Positions 27,835 to 42,240 of a DNA stretch of 64,000 nucleotides are shown piece after piece. The position numbers and the translations under genes were made by a program. The notes beneath the pieces were generated by a model. That model did not search any database. It was not told where the DNA came from and saw only the letters and a program-made list of their open reading frames with translations. This DNA comes from the human T2T-CHM13v2.0 reference genome, Homo sapiens: contig CP068257.2 in NCBI GenBank assembly GCA_009914755.4, positions 42,496,001-42,560,000 of the forward strand, in the 5' to 3' direction. Positions within the stretch are counted from its first letter, which is position 1, and every line of letters begins with the position of its first letter.

Positions 27835-28198
27835 GTGCTGCTCCACGCCGCCTTTCGGTACACGAGAAGCTGAGGATCCACGCCGCCTTTCCGTACATGA
27901 GAAACTGTAGGATCCACGCCACCTTTCAGTAGAGAAGCTGTAGGATCCACACCGCCTTTCCGTACACAAGAAGCTGTAGGATCCACGCCGCCTTTCCGTA
28001 CACGAGAAGCTGTAGGATCCACGCCACCTTTCAGTAGAGAAGCTGTAGGATCCACGCCGCCTTTCCGTACACGAGAAGCTGTAGGATCCACGCCACCTTT
28101 CAGTAGAGAAGCTGTAGGATCCACACCGCTTTTCAGTACACGAGAAACTGTAGGATCCACGCCACCTTTCAGTACACGAGAAACTGCAGGACAAATGA
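27835..28198. repeat. Minisatellite of alternating 36 bp and 33 bp units, i.e. a ~69 bp higher-order repeat, ~10 units in total.
   Basis: gccgcctttccgtacacgagaagctgtaggatccac alternates with gccacctttcagtagagaagctgtaggatccac. Confidence 0.85.
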
Positions 28199-28502
28199 CC
28201 GTATGCCCAGGTTCCAATGGCAAAACGCCACACCTCTTATGATACTATCTTTGTGCACATAAAATGTTCATTTTTGTCTAATAAATAAGTGACTTGTAAT
28301 TAGTAAGTGATTGCTCAATGACTTAAAACCTACAATATCTCTAATTTCTTCTAATGGAAACTTCTGAGGCCATTTAGGGACATCCACAGATAGCGAACAG
28401 CGACATTGGAAAGAGGACATTGAGTGTGGGGAAGTCTGCACAGTTCCACCTGTTGGATTGTTTGATGTGTGGTGGTGCAGACATGGACACGATCCATCTT
28501 GG

Positions 28503-28807
<305 letters not shown>

Positions 28808-29351
28808 AACACTATCCATTCTAAAGAGGGTTCATGCTCTTCGACCCCAACAAAGAACGGTTTCCTTTGCGGTCGTGGATGGGTAAGAAATCAGCCTTGA
28901 CCACCTAAGGGCGTAGCAGGGCTTCTGCATTAGGTGACAATTTTAATAATCCTCTGTTTTCCGTTCACACTTAGGAGTCTGTTTCTGCCCTGGGACGAGG
29001 ACCCAGAGGCCACTTTGACGTTATAGAGCAGGCTGTGTCCTCCGTCATCCTGCTGTAGGGAGTGTTGTCAGCTTTCCCACCACCACTGGCATCTGGAAAG
29101 CTTGGTCTGTTTGTAGTGACAGGTCCGATTGCAGGGAACCAGGAGCGTGTCTGATGCATGAGGGCAGAGTTTCTACCCAGTTACCTGCAGTGTGGAGACG
29201 AGAGACGCGATCTAACCCTGCAAACACTTTTGAAAAAAAACTAGTGTATAAAAAGGAATTAGGGAATCAAACCTTTCTTAAGGGGCACAGAATAAGACAG
29301 TATACACCAGTGTGACCGAAGTTTTTATTTCTGCTGAAGAATTCAGCTAAA

Positions 29352-29599
29352 GTGCAGCTGCATGATCATAGCTCACGGGAACCTGGGTCTCCTGGGCTCA
29401 AGCAAGCCTCCCAGCCCAGCCTCCCACGTAGCTGGGACTACCGGTGGCCATCACCATGGCTGGTTAAGTTTTCATTTTTTTGTAGAGACAGAATTTTGCC
29501 ATTTTGCCCCGGCTGGTTGCGAACTCCTGGCTTCAAGTGATCCTCCTGCCTCGGCCCCCAAAGTGCTGGGATTACAGGTGCCAGCCACCGCCCCTGGCC
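29352..29599 (-). mobile_element. Alu SINE, antisense. It is older and diverged (AluJ-like) and truncated at the 3' end.
   Basis: gtgcagctgcatgatcatagctcacgggaacctgggtctcctgggctcaagcaagcctcccagcc..cccaaagtgctgggattacaggtgccagccaccgcccctggcc. Confidence 0.8.
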
Positions 29600-29614
29600 T
29601 GGCAGTTCTATTTG

Positions 29615-29775
29615 AATTGTTTTAGGGACTGCCATCCTGCTTCCCACGGTGGCAGCACTGTTTTACACTCCTGCCAGCAGCACCCAAGGGGTCTGGTTCT
29701 CCACATCCTTGCCCGCACTTGTGATTTTCTGTGTTTTGATAATAGCCATCCCGATGTGTGCGTGTTGTGAAAACT
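29615..29775 (-). mobile_element. L1 LINE fragment, antisense.
   Basis: ..ctgccatcctgcttcccacggtggcagcactgttttacactcctgccagcagcacc..ttttgataatagccatcccgatgtgtg.. matches antisense L1 ORF2. Confidence 0.65.
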
Positions 29776-31859
29776 GTGATGTACGTAGAAAAGTGTAAAG
29801 AATAAGAGTGTGGACGCCCAGCCCGTCCCCTCAGGAAACGCTTGAAAGGCACCCAACCTCTTTCAGGATCCGTGTTCCATTCGCATTATTTTTTCATGCG
29901 CCATTTTTGAACACAAGTTGCAGACATTTGAACACTGGCCCTAAAAACATCAATCAGCAAACTTCTGGGAATGAGGACACTCCCCGCGTCGCCGCCATCA
30001 CAACAAGGCCTTCGGAAAACTCCACACAGCATCTAGCCTCCCACTCGCGCTCGGATGTCCCAGGTGCCCTCACTCGGTGCCACGCCTTGCCTTTCTGGAA
30101 TCGTGCCCCAGCTTGTTAGAGTGGCACTGACTCTGCTGGGAGGATGTCCTGCCACCGGGGTTTGTCTTTTATAACAACTTGTCCCTCCTTCCCCTCCCTG
30201 GGTTTGTGATAACCTGGAGGTTAAACCTTAGAGCAGCCGCTCTTCACCTGGGGACTTTGCCCCAGGAGGCGTTGGCCAACTCTCTTGTGCCTGGAGGAGG
30301 AAGGCAGATTGTGCCTGGAGGGGAGAGGCTACGGGACGGAGCGGAGCGGGTTAGGTGCTCTGCCCAGTTCTCCTGCTTCTGCACGTCTCTGCCGCCTCTG
30401 CCTCCCTGCTCATTGCCCTCTCTGTTCCCGGCCTCTCCTCTCACCCTCAGAGTAAATGTCACATCCCAGAGGGCCACTGGTGCTCAGGCCACCTCTCACC
30501 CTCCCAGCCTGCTGTAACCTGGACCCCCAGTTTCCCCCATCTGCCCTGCCCAGGCCCCTCAGCTCCACACCCAGGACCCCAGGCCTGACACTCTTGGGTG
30601 TGGCTGCACGCCTAAGGGCAGAGGGCTTGGGTAGGGGGTAAGCGGGGGCTGTGGCCCTGCTGCCCCCGCTGCCTCAGTGGGAGAGGCCCTGTGGGCAGCC
30701 TGAGAGCCGAGGCCTCAGTGGTATTTCCTGGGAGGGCAGCCCCCAACCTCCTGCACCCACAGAGGGGCTGGAGCAGGACACAGGGTCGCTGGCCCCGTCC
30801 TCGGGAGCACCACAGGGCACAGGCCTGGCCTGGCCCGGCCGTAGCCCAGAGCTGACCTTTCCTTGTTGACTTGTGGTCCGGGACTTTCCAGGACAGGCTT
30901 CTTGCCACAGAGAAGGCTCCCGGGGAAACCCCAGGAGTGTGAAAGTGGAGCAGCCCAGGTCCCTGCCCTAGAAGAGCCACCAGGAGCCAGGACACCCCCT
31001 CCCGGGGACCCCTCCCACCCTCCAGCCCCAGCTTGACCCCAGACCTCTGCCCTCAGCCCCCTGGCTGTGTCTGAGCACCTCTGCCCCAGGGTCTTTGCAC
31101 GGACCGTTCTGCCTGGAAAGTTCTTCCCGAGATCTGCTGAGGCGGCTCCTCCTCGGCCGCACGCTCCCTGAGGCTTCTCACCCGCGCACACACGGGCACC
31201 GCCTGCCTCCCGGTCTCCTCTCCCCAGAACCTTAGCTCCAGGGTGCAGGGACTCGCCCACGTGGTTCCAGCCCAGGGCCTGGCCCGAGCAGGTGCTCCCT
31301 CTGTGCTTGTTGAATGAAAGCGAAGTGACCAACAGCACAGACTTCTTCCGAGGAAGAGAGAGAGCAGAGAGCAAAGCAGAGGCCTGAGGGACCCTGTGAC
31401 CCCCAAGCCCACCTGGCTGGTTCCCTGCAGACAGCCCTGGCTCCTGCACTGCTGCCTCTCCCCGCCAGGGACCAGGCCCCCACCAGCCAGGAGCCCGGGA
31501 CACGTCCATGTTCTGGGACTTGACCTTCGTCTCCCCACAGCCTGCATTTCCACCCTGCCTGGCCGCAGCTCTGGTTGGTGGGAAGGGGCTCCAGGCGGCC
31601 CCGCTCTGCTCCGGTACGTGCAGACATCTGGTGTGCAGTGACCTTCATCCCAAGCAAGGCCTAGAAAGGGGGAAATCGAGGCAGCATAGAGAGCCGGCCC
31701 AGGGCAGCCTTCTGGGCTGGAGCATGGGGGTATGAGGGGGCTGCCGGTGTGGTGTGGGTGGCCCGTCCCCTGGTGATGAGTGTGTGGGATGGCGCTCAGC
31801 CTCTGCCTCTGCGGCCTGCTCAGTGGGCCCTCCCACTCCCTGGAGACGTCTCTGTGTGC

Positions 31860-32600
31860 TTGTGTTACCAGAAAGGAGTCCTGATCCAGACACCAAGAGA
31901 GGGTTCTTGGACCTCACACAGGAAGGAGTTCAGGGTGAGTCCAGAGAGTCAAGTGAGAAGTTTATTAATAGAGTAAAGGAATAAAGAATGGCTACTCCAG
32001 AGGCAGTGCGGAGGGCTGGGCTGCTCAGCTGAATATTCTTATGCTTATTTTGGTCATTTCTTGATTATATGTTAAACAAGGAGTGGATTATTCATGAATT
32101 TTCTGGGAAAGGGTGGTCAATTCCCAGAACTGAGGCTTCCTCTCCTTTTTAGACCGTGCAGGGTAACTTTCGGACGTTGCCATGGCATTTGTGGACATGG
32201 CGCTGGTGGGAGTGTCTCTTAGCAGCTAATGCATTAGAATTTGTGTATAATGAGTGGCGAGCACGACCAGAGGTCACTCTAGTCACCATCTTGGTTTTGG
32301 TGGGATTTGGCCACTTCTTTACTGCAACCTGCTTTATCGGCAAGGTCTTCGTGACTTGTATCTTGTGCCAACCTCCTGTCTTGTGACTAAGAATGCCTTA
32401 CCCTCCCGGGAACGCAGTCCAGCAGGCCCCAGCCTCATTCCACCCAGCCCCTATTCAAGACGGAGTCGCTCTGGTTCAAACACCTCTGACAGTTGGACAA
32501 GTTGGTGACAGCCAGGAGGGCCCGATGTGGACATGTGACAGGCACCCTGTGGCCATCAGATTCTCAGGAGGAAGAAATCCCCTTCTGAAATAAAGCACCC
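31860..32600 (+). mobile_element. Probable solitary ERV LTR. I cannot assign the family.
   Basis: The LTR-like content is ..gaagtttattaatagagtaaaggaataaagaatggctactccagaggc..ttttggtcatttcttgattatatgttaaacaaggagtggattattcatga..tagaccgtgcagggtaactttcggacgttgccatggcatttgt..accatcttggttttggtgggatttggcc..cttgtatcttgtgccaacctcctgtcttgtgactaagaatgccttaccctcccgggaacgcagtccagcagg. It ends near an AATAAA at ~32588. Confidence 0.4.
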
Positions 32601-33636
32601 TGAGAACCGGCGGGAAGGAGCGGGGACTCCGTCGGGGCTTTCCAGGGAAGCAGCCAGGGACTTGCCCTGATTTTGGTTTCTCCAGGTTGGAGCCGCCCCG
32701 CAGGCTGCCTCTGCCGGCGGGAGGAAGTGAGCAGCTCCTGCGGAACCTCTGGCTGGCACAGAGCCCGGGGGCGGGGGAGCCCTCCCTGCCAAGAGAAGCC
32801 ATCAGGTGCAGAGGACAGCACTGACTGGGCCAGTGGGGCGTTCTCCAGCTGGGTCAGCCGTGGCCCCCGCCTCGGGCTGGAGTCCGGCAGGCAACTGCTG
32901 CAGAAACGGAGGCAGAGGCAGGTGGAGGAGCCGCCTCCAGGCGGAGGAGCCCCAGCAAGATGGGGCGCTGGAGTTGAGCTCAGGCTGTCAGCCCCAGAAT
33001 CCAAGCTCCTTGCCCTCGTGCTAACCCAGCCTCACTAACTGGCAGCTGGGGGCACCCTCCCAGCCTGCCAGGGACACCACACTGGGCACACACCACTTCG
33101 GCTGCAGGACCCCATCCTCACTGGCTGTGGCGGGAGACTGGTGAGCCGTCCTTGTAGACGGGACTCCCCCTAGAGTCCTGAAGGACTGTCCTGGGGGCTG
33201 GGGAGCTGCTGGAGGCAGCAGCCTGGGCCAGGAGATCACTGGGGTGGTGAAGGGGAGAGGGTTAGGGCTTCGGTAGGGGGACCCCCTATAGACCAGACAA
33301 CGGATTCCACAGCCACCACCCCCACCCCTGGCTGACCTCACCTTCTGCAAGGGACCCAGTCCTGGACAGGGTCACTGAATTGCTGCCCCCTAACCTGTCC
33401 CCACCCACTGGAGACCTCAGCCTGCCCTGCTCACCCTGGCACCGGCCAGCCTGTCCACGCTGGGTGCCCAGGGCGGGAAAACAGGTGCGGGTTCCCATGA
33501 CTGCATCTCAGGACTCCTGTCTGCGCCCCTTCTTGGCGTGTCTTTAAATGTCTTTGTTAGGCCGCTCATTATGATCCCTCCTGTTTTAATGGAAAAATCT
33601 TGTAAACACTGGGAGGACCAGTGGTCTTTTTCTTTC

Positions 33637-33769
33637 TTAAATAGAGATGAGGTCTCACTATGTTGCCCGGGCTGATCTCAAACTCCTGGCCTCCAGCGAT
33701 CCTCCTGCCTTGACTTCCCGAAGTGCTGGGATTCCAGGCGTGAGCCACTGGGCCCGGCCTAAATTCTTC
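33637..33769 (-). mobile_element. Partial Alu (right monomer), antisense.
   Basis: ..aaatagagatgaggtctcactatgttgcccgggctgatctcaaactcctggcctccagcgatcctcctgcc..gtgctgggattccaggcgtgagccactgggcccggcc. Confidence 0.8.
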
Positions 33770-34230
33770 TTCTGTACTTGCTGGTTTTCCCAAAATGTGC
33801 ACACACTGATGTTAGAATCGGAAAGAGTATCACTCCTGTGACAGCAGTGGGAAGGTGTGTGTTACAGCCACAGGTGTCCACAGGATAGAATCTCACAGCA
33901 ACAGACGTGCTAATGTGGGCACTGGAGGTTGCACCCTATACCGGGCACTGCCCATCCCTCCCCAGTTCCCAGACCAGCTACGCCAGGGATCTGGAGTCCC
34001 CTTCCATGAGTGTGACGAGGACAGGTGAGGTCTCCTGAGTCCTTACCAGCAGGTCAGGCACCCTGTTGAGTCGTCTTCAGAACCCTCAAAAGTGCACGCC
34101 CCTGCCCTGTGGGTCTGGGCCACGATCCTGGGACACAGTTCTGAATGCTGACATCCTGAAAGATCAAAATCCCAAAATTATAATTCTGGAAAAACTAATT
34201 CGAAAACATTCTGTAAAAGACATTTGTTTG

Positions 34231-34546
<316 letters not shown>

Positions 34547-35343
34547 TTATTTATTTATATTTTAAGGGGGATTTGAGAAACTGAAAAACACGACAGCACC
34601 CCTCATAGGCGACTTTACCCAATAAAGTCGGTGATCATAACATTTTCTCCAGCACAGACACACAGGTGTGCTCATTCAGTCACGTGGATATGAGTTATGT
34701 GCAGATGAACCATTCACAGAGAAACTGGTCAGAACACCAACATGTTAGGTTTTGATCTTTCAGGAGCTCAGGATTTGGGATGACGGTGTTCGGGGTCAGG
34801 TCTTTTGAGGTTCTGATCAGCGCCGCCTCACCGCGCGATACCAGTGCAGAACGGGGAGACCCAGGTCGTCCAGGAGCTGGACTCCAGCCGGGACAGTCTG
34901 TCTGTGTCAGAGCCCGGGTCCCTCATGGGGCACTCAGCCTTCACTCGGGTTTCCTGCAAAAATGGAGAGCTTTTTTTTAAGTAGGGATGCCAAGGATGGC
35001 AGGCATGAAGCGGGCAGGCAGAGGTGGGAGCTAGTTAGCAGTATCTCCAATTACCGTGATGGGCAGAAAGAAGGTTCTAGACAACAGTGTCTTGATGAGG
35101 TCAAGAGGAACTGAAACCCCCACCCCACTTCCCCTGCCCCATCTGGTTCTGGGAAAGGGGAAATGCAGGTGCCGGCTGTGCGTGGGTCAGTGGCCCGCCC
35201 CCGCCTCTCTGCCTCGCGGACGTCCAGACTTCCGAGGCCTGGCTGTCTGCAGGGCGGCCATTGCTGTGCGCGCGCGCGCGGGCATGTGCATAGTTCAGGG
35301 AAGAGGCTGCATTTCACAGAGACTCTGTCCCAGGAGGTAGGCA

Positions 35344-35440
35344 TTTTTTCTTTTCTTTCTTTCCTTCCTTCCTTCCTCCCTTCCTTCCTTCCTTCCTAAC
35401 TTCCTTCCTTCCTTTTTCTTTCTCTCTCTTTTCTTTTCTT
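35344..35440. repeat. (TTCC)n/(CTTT)n simple repeat.
   Basis: tttctttctttccttccttccttcctcccttccttccttccttcctaacttccttccttcc.. Confidence 0.9.
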
Positions 35441-35446
35441 TCTTTC

Positions 35447-35735
<289 letters not shown>

Positions 35736-37384
35736 GGCATTTTCATCTGGACTCTGCCATGGGGCTCAGCAAATCAGATGTGACCTGGTGACAGGTGCCA
35801 AGAAGGTCTGGCGACCACAGGTTTCTTGTCGGTTTCTGCCTGGGACCCCCGCACCTCCCTACCAGTATTCCCAACCCAACGAAAGACCGGCCAAGTACAA
35901 ACCAAGGGCAGCCCTGAAGCCCAGGACCATGAGGCCTGGAAGGCCCCAGGACAGGTGATTTGTGGCCCTGGTGTCTCAGGTCAGGAGCAGGGCAGAGCCA
36001 CCTTCCTCCCTCCCTGTGCGGGGCTGCATGAGCTCAGGGACCTTTGGACCTGAGAAAGGTCAGGCTCACTTCCTCCCCGTGCCTGCGGTTGGCCGCAGGG
36101 GGAATATTCTCCTGACCCGAGTCCCGAAGCCCTGGGCGTGGAGTTTCCCTGGACTGGGAGAAAGTAAACACCGAGGGACTTGCCAAGAGGAAATGGAGAA
36201 GCCCAGGTGTTCTGGGCGGAGCTGAGTGTCCCGCAGGGGGTTCCGCAGCTCCTCGCCTCTGGAAGACCAAGGACAGCTTTCCCCAGGGCTACAGCCTCAC
36301 GCTCCCCTCCCATCGTGGCTGGGCCTTTACTTGGGGGTGAGTGTCCTACAGACGAGGGGCTTAAAGCTACAGGAATGCCTCGTCTCGCAGAGCTGGAGGC
36401 TGGAAGGCAGATCGGCCTGTGAGGGCCGCGGTCACTCTTGGTCCTGAGCCCTCCTTGTCCGGCTGCTGGTGTCACGGGCACTCCTTGGGGTTCCTTGGCT
36501 TGTGGGAGCATCGCGCCGGCCCCGCCTCTGTCATCAGGCCGCCTCCCCTTCTCTTCTCGAAGGACACCTGCTACGGCGAGGGCCTCTCCAGGATGACCTC
36601 ATCTCGTTCTCCACTAATCACAGCTGCCAAGATTTATTTCCAAATAAAGTCGCCTTCTTGGGTTCCAGGGGACCTGATTTTGGGAGGCGCTGTTCCCCCA
36701 GCACAGGGATACAGCAGGCCCTTGGCCTCATCGGACATCTGGTGCCCGCGCGCCCTCTCACTCACGTTGTCCAGGCCTCTGCCCTTCTCAACACCCGGAC
36801 GTGGGCGTTCAGGTGTCCTTCCTGCCCTGGCGTATGCCCCACTTAGCTGAGTGGGGGGCTTAGACCTCCGCCCCATCTGCAGTCCTCCTGGGGCCTGCCA
36901 ATCAGACCCCCTGCAGCTGCATGGTCTTGGGGCATTGCTGTAAGGCCCTGGGGCCTTTCTGAATCCATCTGCAAGCTGGAGCTGAGTCCAGGAGCTGAGG
37001 CCGGGAGCAGGAGGTGAGGTTGCTAGCTGAGGCTGGGAGCAAGAGCTGAGGCCACTGGAGCTGAGGCTGGGAGCTGAGATGTGGAGCTGGGGCTGAGGCT
37101 GGGAGGAGGGGTTGAGGATACCTGGAGTTTGGGAGCTGGGCTGAGAGGCCAGGGAGGAGAGCCCTGCCACCACCCTGCTGCCCCCCCTCGCCACCCCCCT
37201 GCTGCCACCTTGCTGCCACCCTGCCTCCTGTTCCCAGCCCTCTGGCCAGTCCCTGTGTTCGTTTTCTGTTTTCTACTTACCAGAAACTTAGCAGCTTGAA
37301 ACAGCACCCGCTCGGCACACATTCCTGTTGGGAGTGTGAAATGGTGCAGCTGCTGTGGGAAATGGTCTGGTGATTCCTCGCAAA

Positions 37385-37940
37385 GCTAAACAATTGCCAT
37401 AGCACCCTGCAGTTCCACACCTGGGGATGCACAGCCAGAAATGAAGACGGGTGTCTGAGCAAAAACTCGGACATGAGTGTTCACAGCAGCGTTATTCACA
37501 GTAGCTAGAAGGTGGAAACAACCCAAGTGTCCGTGGACCGAGGAACAGATCAACAGGCCACGGCGCACGCACGACGGAGTATTGTGCAGCCAGAAAAAGG
37601 GTGAAGCTCCCTTACACATTATGGCGTGGGTGAGCCTCAGAAACATGGTGCTAAGTGACTGCGTTTATATAAAAAGCTTGCACTGATGTAAAGTGTCTAG
37701 AGTAGAGAAACCCAGGAGATGAAGTGGATTCGTGGCTTCCAGGGCCTGAGGGCAGAGGGAAGGGACCGGCTGCTGATGGGTCTCCGTTTGGGAAGATGAA
37801 CGAGTTCTGGAGCTTGCTTGAGGCAGTGTCTGCACAACAGTGTGAGTGCACGGAATGTGGCTGAATTGGACTCTTTAAAATAGTTCAGGTGGGCAATGTT
37901 ATGTTATGTGTGTTTTACTACCATACAAATAAGTAAATAA
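37385..37940 (+). mobile_element. L1 LINE 3' end (end of ORF2 plus 3' UTR, L1M/L1PB-like), sense.
   Basis: ..ctaaacaattgccatagcaccctgcagttccac..gaaatgaagacg..gttcacagcagcgttattcacagtagctagaaggtggaaacaacccaagtgtcc..tattgtgcagccagaaaaaggg..aacatggtgctaagtgac..tagtagagaaacccagg.. follows the L1 3'-end consensus. It ends in an A-rich tail ..aaataagtaaataaatgg. Confidence 0.8.
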
Positions 37941-38434
37941 ATGGACAAGCCTGCACCATCTTGTAGCTCACACCTGCAGGTCAGGAGCCGGCCTGGGTCC
38001 CCTGCTGGGGCCTCACCTGGGGCTCAGGCCTCCTCCCAGGCTGGTTCAGAATCCAGGTCCTTGTGGGTGTGGGACTGAGGTCCCCGTTTTCTCGCAGCTG
38101 TTGTCAGGGACTGCCCTCAGCTCCTAGGGCTTTCTCTCGGGTCCCTGCCTGGTGGCCTCTGGTGGCCCCTCCATCTTCAAGCAGCAGGGGCCGGTGGAGT
38201 CCCCCCATGAGTGGCTCTTTCTGGCCATCCCTTCTGCACCCGCCAGAGGAAACTCCGCTTCTAAAGTGTTGGTGTGATGAGGTCAGGCCCGGAGGCACCT
38301 CCCTGTTTTAAGGTCAGCGGGTTGGTGAACTTCACCATGCCTTCAGAATCCCTCTGCCACACAACACAGCCGTCTTGGGAGTAACACTGGAGGCAGAGAC
38401 CACGGGCGACCTCCAAGATCTGCTTACAACAGTC

Positions 38435-38645
38435 GTTTCGACAGAGTTGAGTCAGCTTGGGGCTTCTCCGAGTGACTGTGCACAGGGGTCCTGGGGCTTC
38501 TCCGAGTGACTGCGCGCAAGCGTCCTGGGACTTCTCCAAGTGACTGCGCACAGGCATCCTGGGGCTTCTCCGAGTGACTGCGAACAGGCGTCCTGGGGCT
38601 TCTCTGAGCGACTGCGCACAGGCGTCCCTGGGGTCCCTGGGGTTA
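38435..38645. repeat. Minisatellite, 34 bp unit, ~6 copies.
   Basis: cttctccgagtgactgcgcacaggcgtcctgggg recurs with period 34 and a few substitutions per copy. Confidence 0.9.
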
Positions 38646-39738
38646 GGATGCTGGCGCTGGCTCAGCAGGTCTGGGAAGGGCCAGGATTCCAGTGCCCAGG
38701 CTACCGTCCAGGTCCACACCATGCCCCAATGGACGCTCTCCAGCCCCTCCCTGAGGCTGGGGCCATGGGATGAGCTCAGTGGCATCCAGATCAGAGTCCA
38801 CCCCCTCCACACCTTGCCATGGTCCTGATGTCACCAAGTGCATTGTAGCCCTAACCCTCGTGGACCCCCCTTCATGGGGTGGTGCAGGCAGCGTGTTCTC
38901 TGAGGGTAAGGACAGGGCCCAACAGGGGCTGCCCCAAGGAGCCAGTGGAGCCATGGTTCCCCACCTGCCCACTCGTCTGCCCACCCTCCCCTGAGTGGAG
39001 GCAGAGGAGCTGAGAACGGCCTGCCGGCCAGCCCTGGGAAAACCAGGTTCCTTATGGTCTGCTCAGCCATAGAGCCGGAGGCCCCTCCCAGCAGCCCCTG
39101 CCTGCCCACTCTGCCAGAGCTTCTCCATGCAACTTTTCTGCAGCATAGTCCTGTTGCACAAACACCTCTCTCTGCTTTTTCCTTTCTTTTTTTTTTTTTT
39201 AATTTAACCATATCTGCTGTATCATACAAGCACTCAGGATCTTGGTTGCAATGAATGGAAACCTATGCTAAATAACTTTCTCAGAGGGCTCTTGGGGCTC
39301 TGGAAACCAGACAGAAGGCTGGAGAATGAGGGCTGGGCATAGGCAGGTCCAGGGAGGCCAAGAGGGCAGCCTGGCTGTGAGGCAGCTGCTGGTACAGCCC
39401 AGACTGTCCCTGCTTCTGGGTCACTTGCTCCAGACCCAAAGTTCTGCCCAGGAATGTCTGGTGGTCAAACTCCAGCCATGTGGCTCCCTCTTTTCAGAGG
39501 TGAACTCAGTCTTCACTGATAAGGGTAAGGTTCCTGGTGAATCCTGCAGCTTGAATGTCCATCCCCATGAATCCGAGCTGAGCCTGCAGGGCTCCCAGCC
39601 CCAGGCCTCCACGGAGAGGAGATGAGCCAGCCCTGCTGAGCCCTGCCCAAACTGCACATGCGTGAGTTAAAGAAACGGCTATTACTGTTTAAAGCCATGC
39701 AGTGTTGGGCTGGTTTGTTAAATTGAAATAGATTACCC

Positions 39739-40034
<296 letters not shown>

Positions 40035-42089
40035 ACCCAACACCACAGATGATCATCAAGTTCATGAAGACGGACCTTCAGTTTGCAGGGGCTGTGTGTC
40101 CATTTCATTGGCTTGGGTCTCCTTTTTTATCCTCAAGGGACTCCCAGGTGTTCCGATGCCCTGGCACTGAGGACTCAGGCCATGCCCTGGCCCACACCCT
40201 GCCCTGCATGTGTTGCAGCCTGAAGTGGTCCACTGGGCCTGGCATGTCTCAAAAGCCAAAAGGGAACAATGCTTCCCGGCTCCACATTCAGTGACAGCAC
40301 GTCAGCAGCTGGAAGCCAGCATCAGTGGGGGTGTTTACACCATGGGAATGGGCCCACTCCACAGACTAGCGCTGTACCAAGAGAGCCAGTTTGGTTTCTG
40401 GGGGTCGTGGGGTTAGGTCCTCATGCTTCTCTCGGACCCACCCCCTAGAAATGTCCCCACCCAACCCCCACTGTAGCCTGGATGGACGGGGATGAGCTCT
40501 GCGGGGCTCCCGCCTGAGCCATCTTGTCTTCAGCTGCGTTTGGGCTCTGAGCTCCAGCCATGCTGGCTCCATGACCCAGGATGGGATTCATGCACTAACG
40601 TGAAGAGAGCAATCTCCTGAACAGAGGAAGGAGTGGGCCCTGGAGGAGCCGTGGCCCTGGGTGGTGGCACCAGGCAGCTGCAGGACCAGGGGCAGCGGTG
40701 AGGCACGAAGCCTCAGACTGGGTGTGGTTCCCACTCGTTCTTGCCGGAGAAACCTGCCTTTTCAAGCATAATTCAATCAAAAGGCCTTTTGTGGAGCCCA
40801 AACTAGAAGGCTTTGGGTTCCAGCACTGTGCCTCAGTTTCCTCATCTGGAGCATAAGGATGGGACCGTCACTGGGTGTAGATGTGGGGTCCCGGGAGGCG
40901 TGCAAGGGCCATGTTTGGGCAGGTGCCTGGAATGGAGGAGGCCTTGGTAAGTAAGCATTCATGAGCGAACCTCCCCTCTGCCGGCTCACATGTCCCACTC
41001 CCTCACATGTGGGCCAGTGTGTTGTCACCCTCTCTGCAGTGAGGAAACTGAGGCCCAGCCCAACGGCAGAGCCAGCCCAGCTGTCTGGGCAGCCCGACTC
41101 CAGAGCCGGGCAGGGAATTGCCTCCTTTCACGTTCAGGGTGACTATGCCAGTGCTCACAGTGACGGGTGGGCCGGGGCCAGCTGGCCTAGGGTCTGCCTT
41201 GCCATCTGGCGACACCATATCGCTCTTCCATCCTGGCATTTGGATTTTGTTACCAACAGCTTCACCAAACCGCCTTTCATGACACCCAGGACAGCCACGA
41301 GGCTGCCCCTGCCCCTGCCCTGCCTCAGTGGGACTCACAGCAGCTCAGAGGCTGGAGGGAGGTCTGGAAGCCCCTAGTGCTCAGTAGAGCAGTGAGATGG
41401 GAGAGAAGCAGCTGGGGAAGGAGGCCAGGTGAGCCTGGTGGGAGGCCTCTCAGTTTCTGCACACTTGGGAACATTCCAGAGTGACTGGCATTTCCCATGA
41501 CTTTCTCTGGGATGAAGTGAGGCTGAGAATGTGAAGTTCCCAAGGGTTACAGACGCTTACTGTTGCAGACACAAATGACTACGCATTCCATCACGGGACA
41601 GTTTTCCTTTGGAAAGAGAATGACCCAATTTCCTTTTTTTCTAAAACTTAAGTCATTCTGCCAAATTTCAACATCCTAATTTTAAATCACTGGTAGAACC
41701 TCGATCCTGAAGTCTATCTTGGCCTCACTACAAGACCCCCAAAGAGCCGTCATCCCTGATAAGGTGGTTTTAAGTTTTAGTGATTGTTATTTTGCAATTC
41801 TTAGATTTTATTCACAAAATCCACGTGGACTCAATTCTAGCTCAAGCCATCTCCATGTCCCCGGCCACCACTGCCTGCCTGCCCTTCCCTGTTTATGGGT
41901 CTTTGTTTGGAGTCACCTCTTGTTTGCCTCAAATAATTAATTTTGAGTTGCTTTTTCGGGAAGGAAATGTTCTTGGTGCAATTTCTGGCCTCTATGTAGC
42001 TGAGAATGTTTTTTCTGTTGCCTGGACTGGTGCAGCGGGTCTCCCTATAGTGACCCGGCCAAGCACAGAAGTCTGGGTTTGCAGCTGTG

Positions 42090-42240
42090 AGACTCCAGAC
42101 ATCACCCCATGGTCTCCTGGCGTTGGTGGGTTTGCAGCCATGAAGCTCCAGCTGTCGCCCCATGGTCTCCTGGCATTGGTGGGTTTGCAGCCATGAAGCT
42201 CCAGCTGTCGCCCTGTGGTCTCCGTGGTCTCCTGGCACAG
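42090..42240. repeat. Tandem repeat, ~52 bp unit, ~2.5 copies.
   Basis: ccatggtctcctggc.ttggtgggtttgcagccatgaagctccagctgtcgcc is repeated. Confidence 0.8.
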
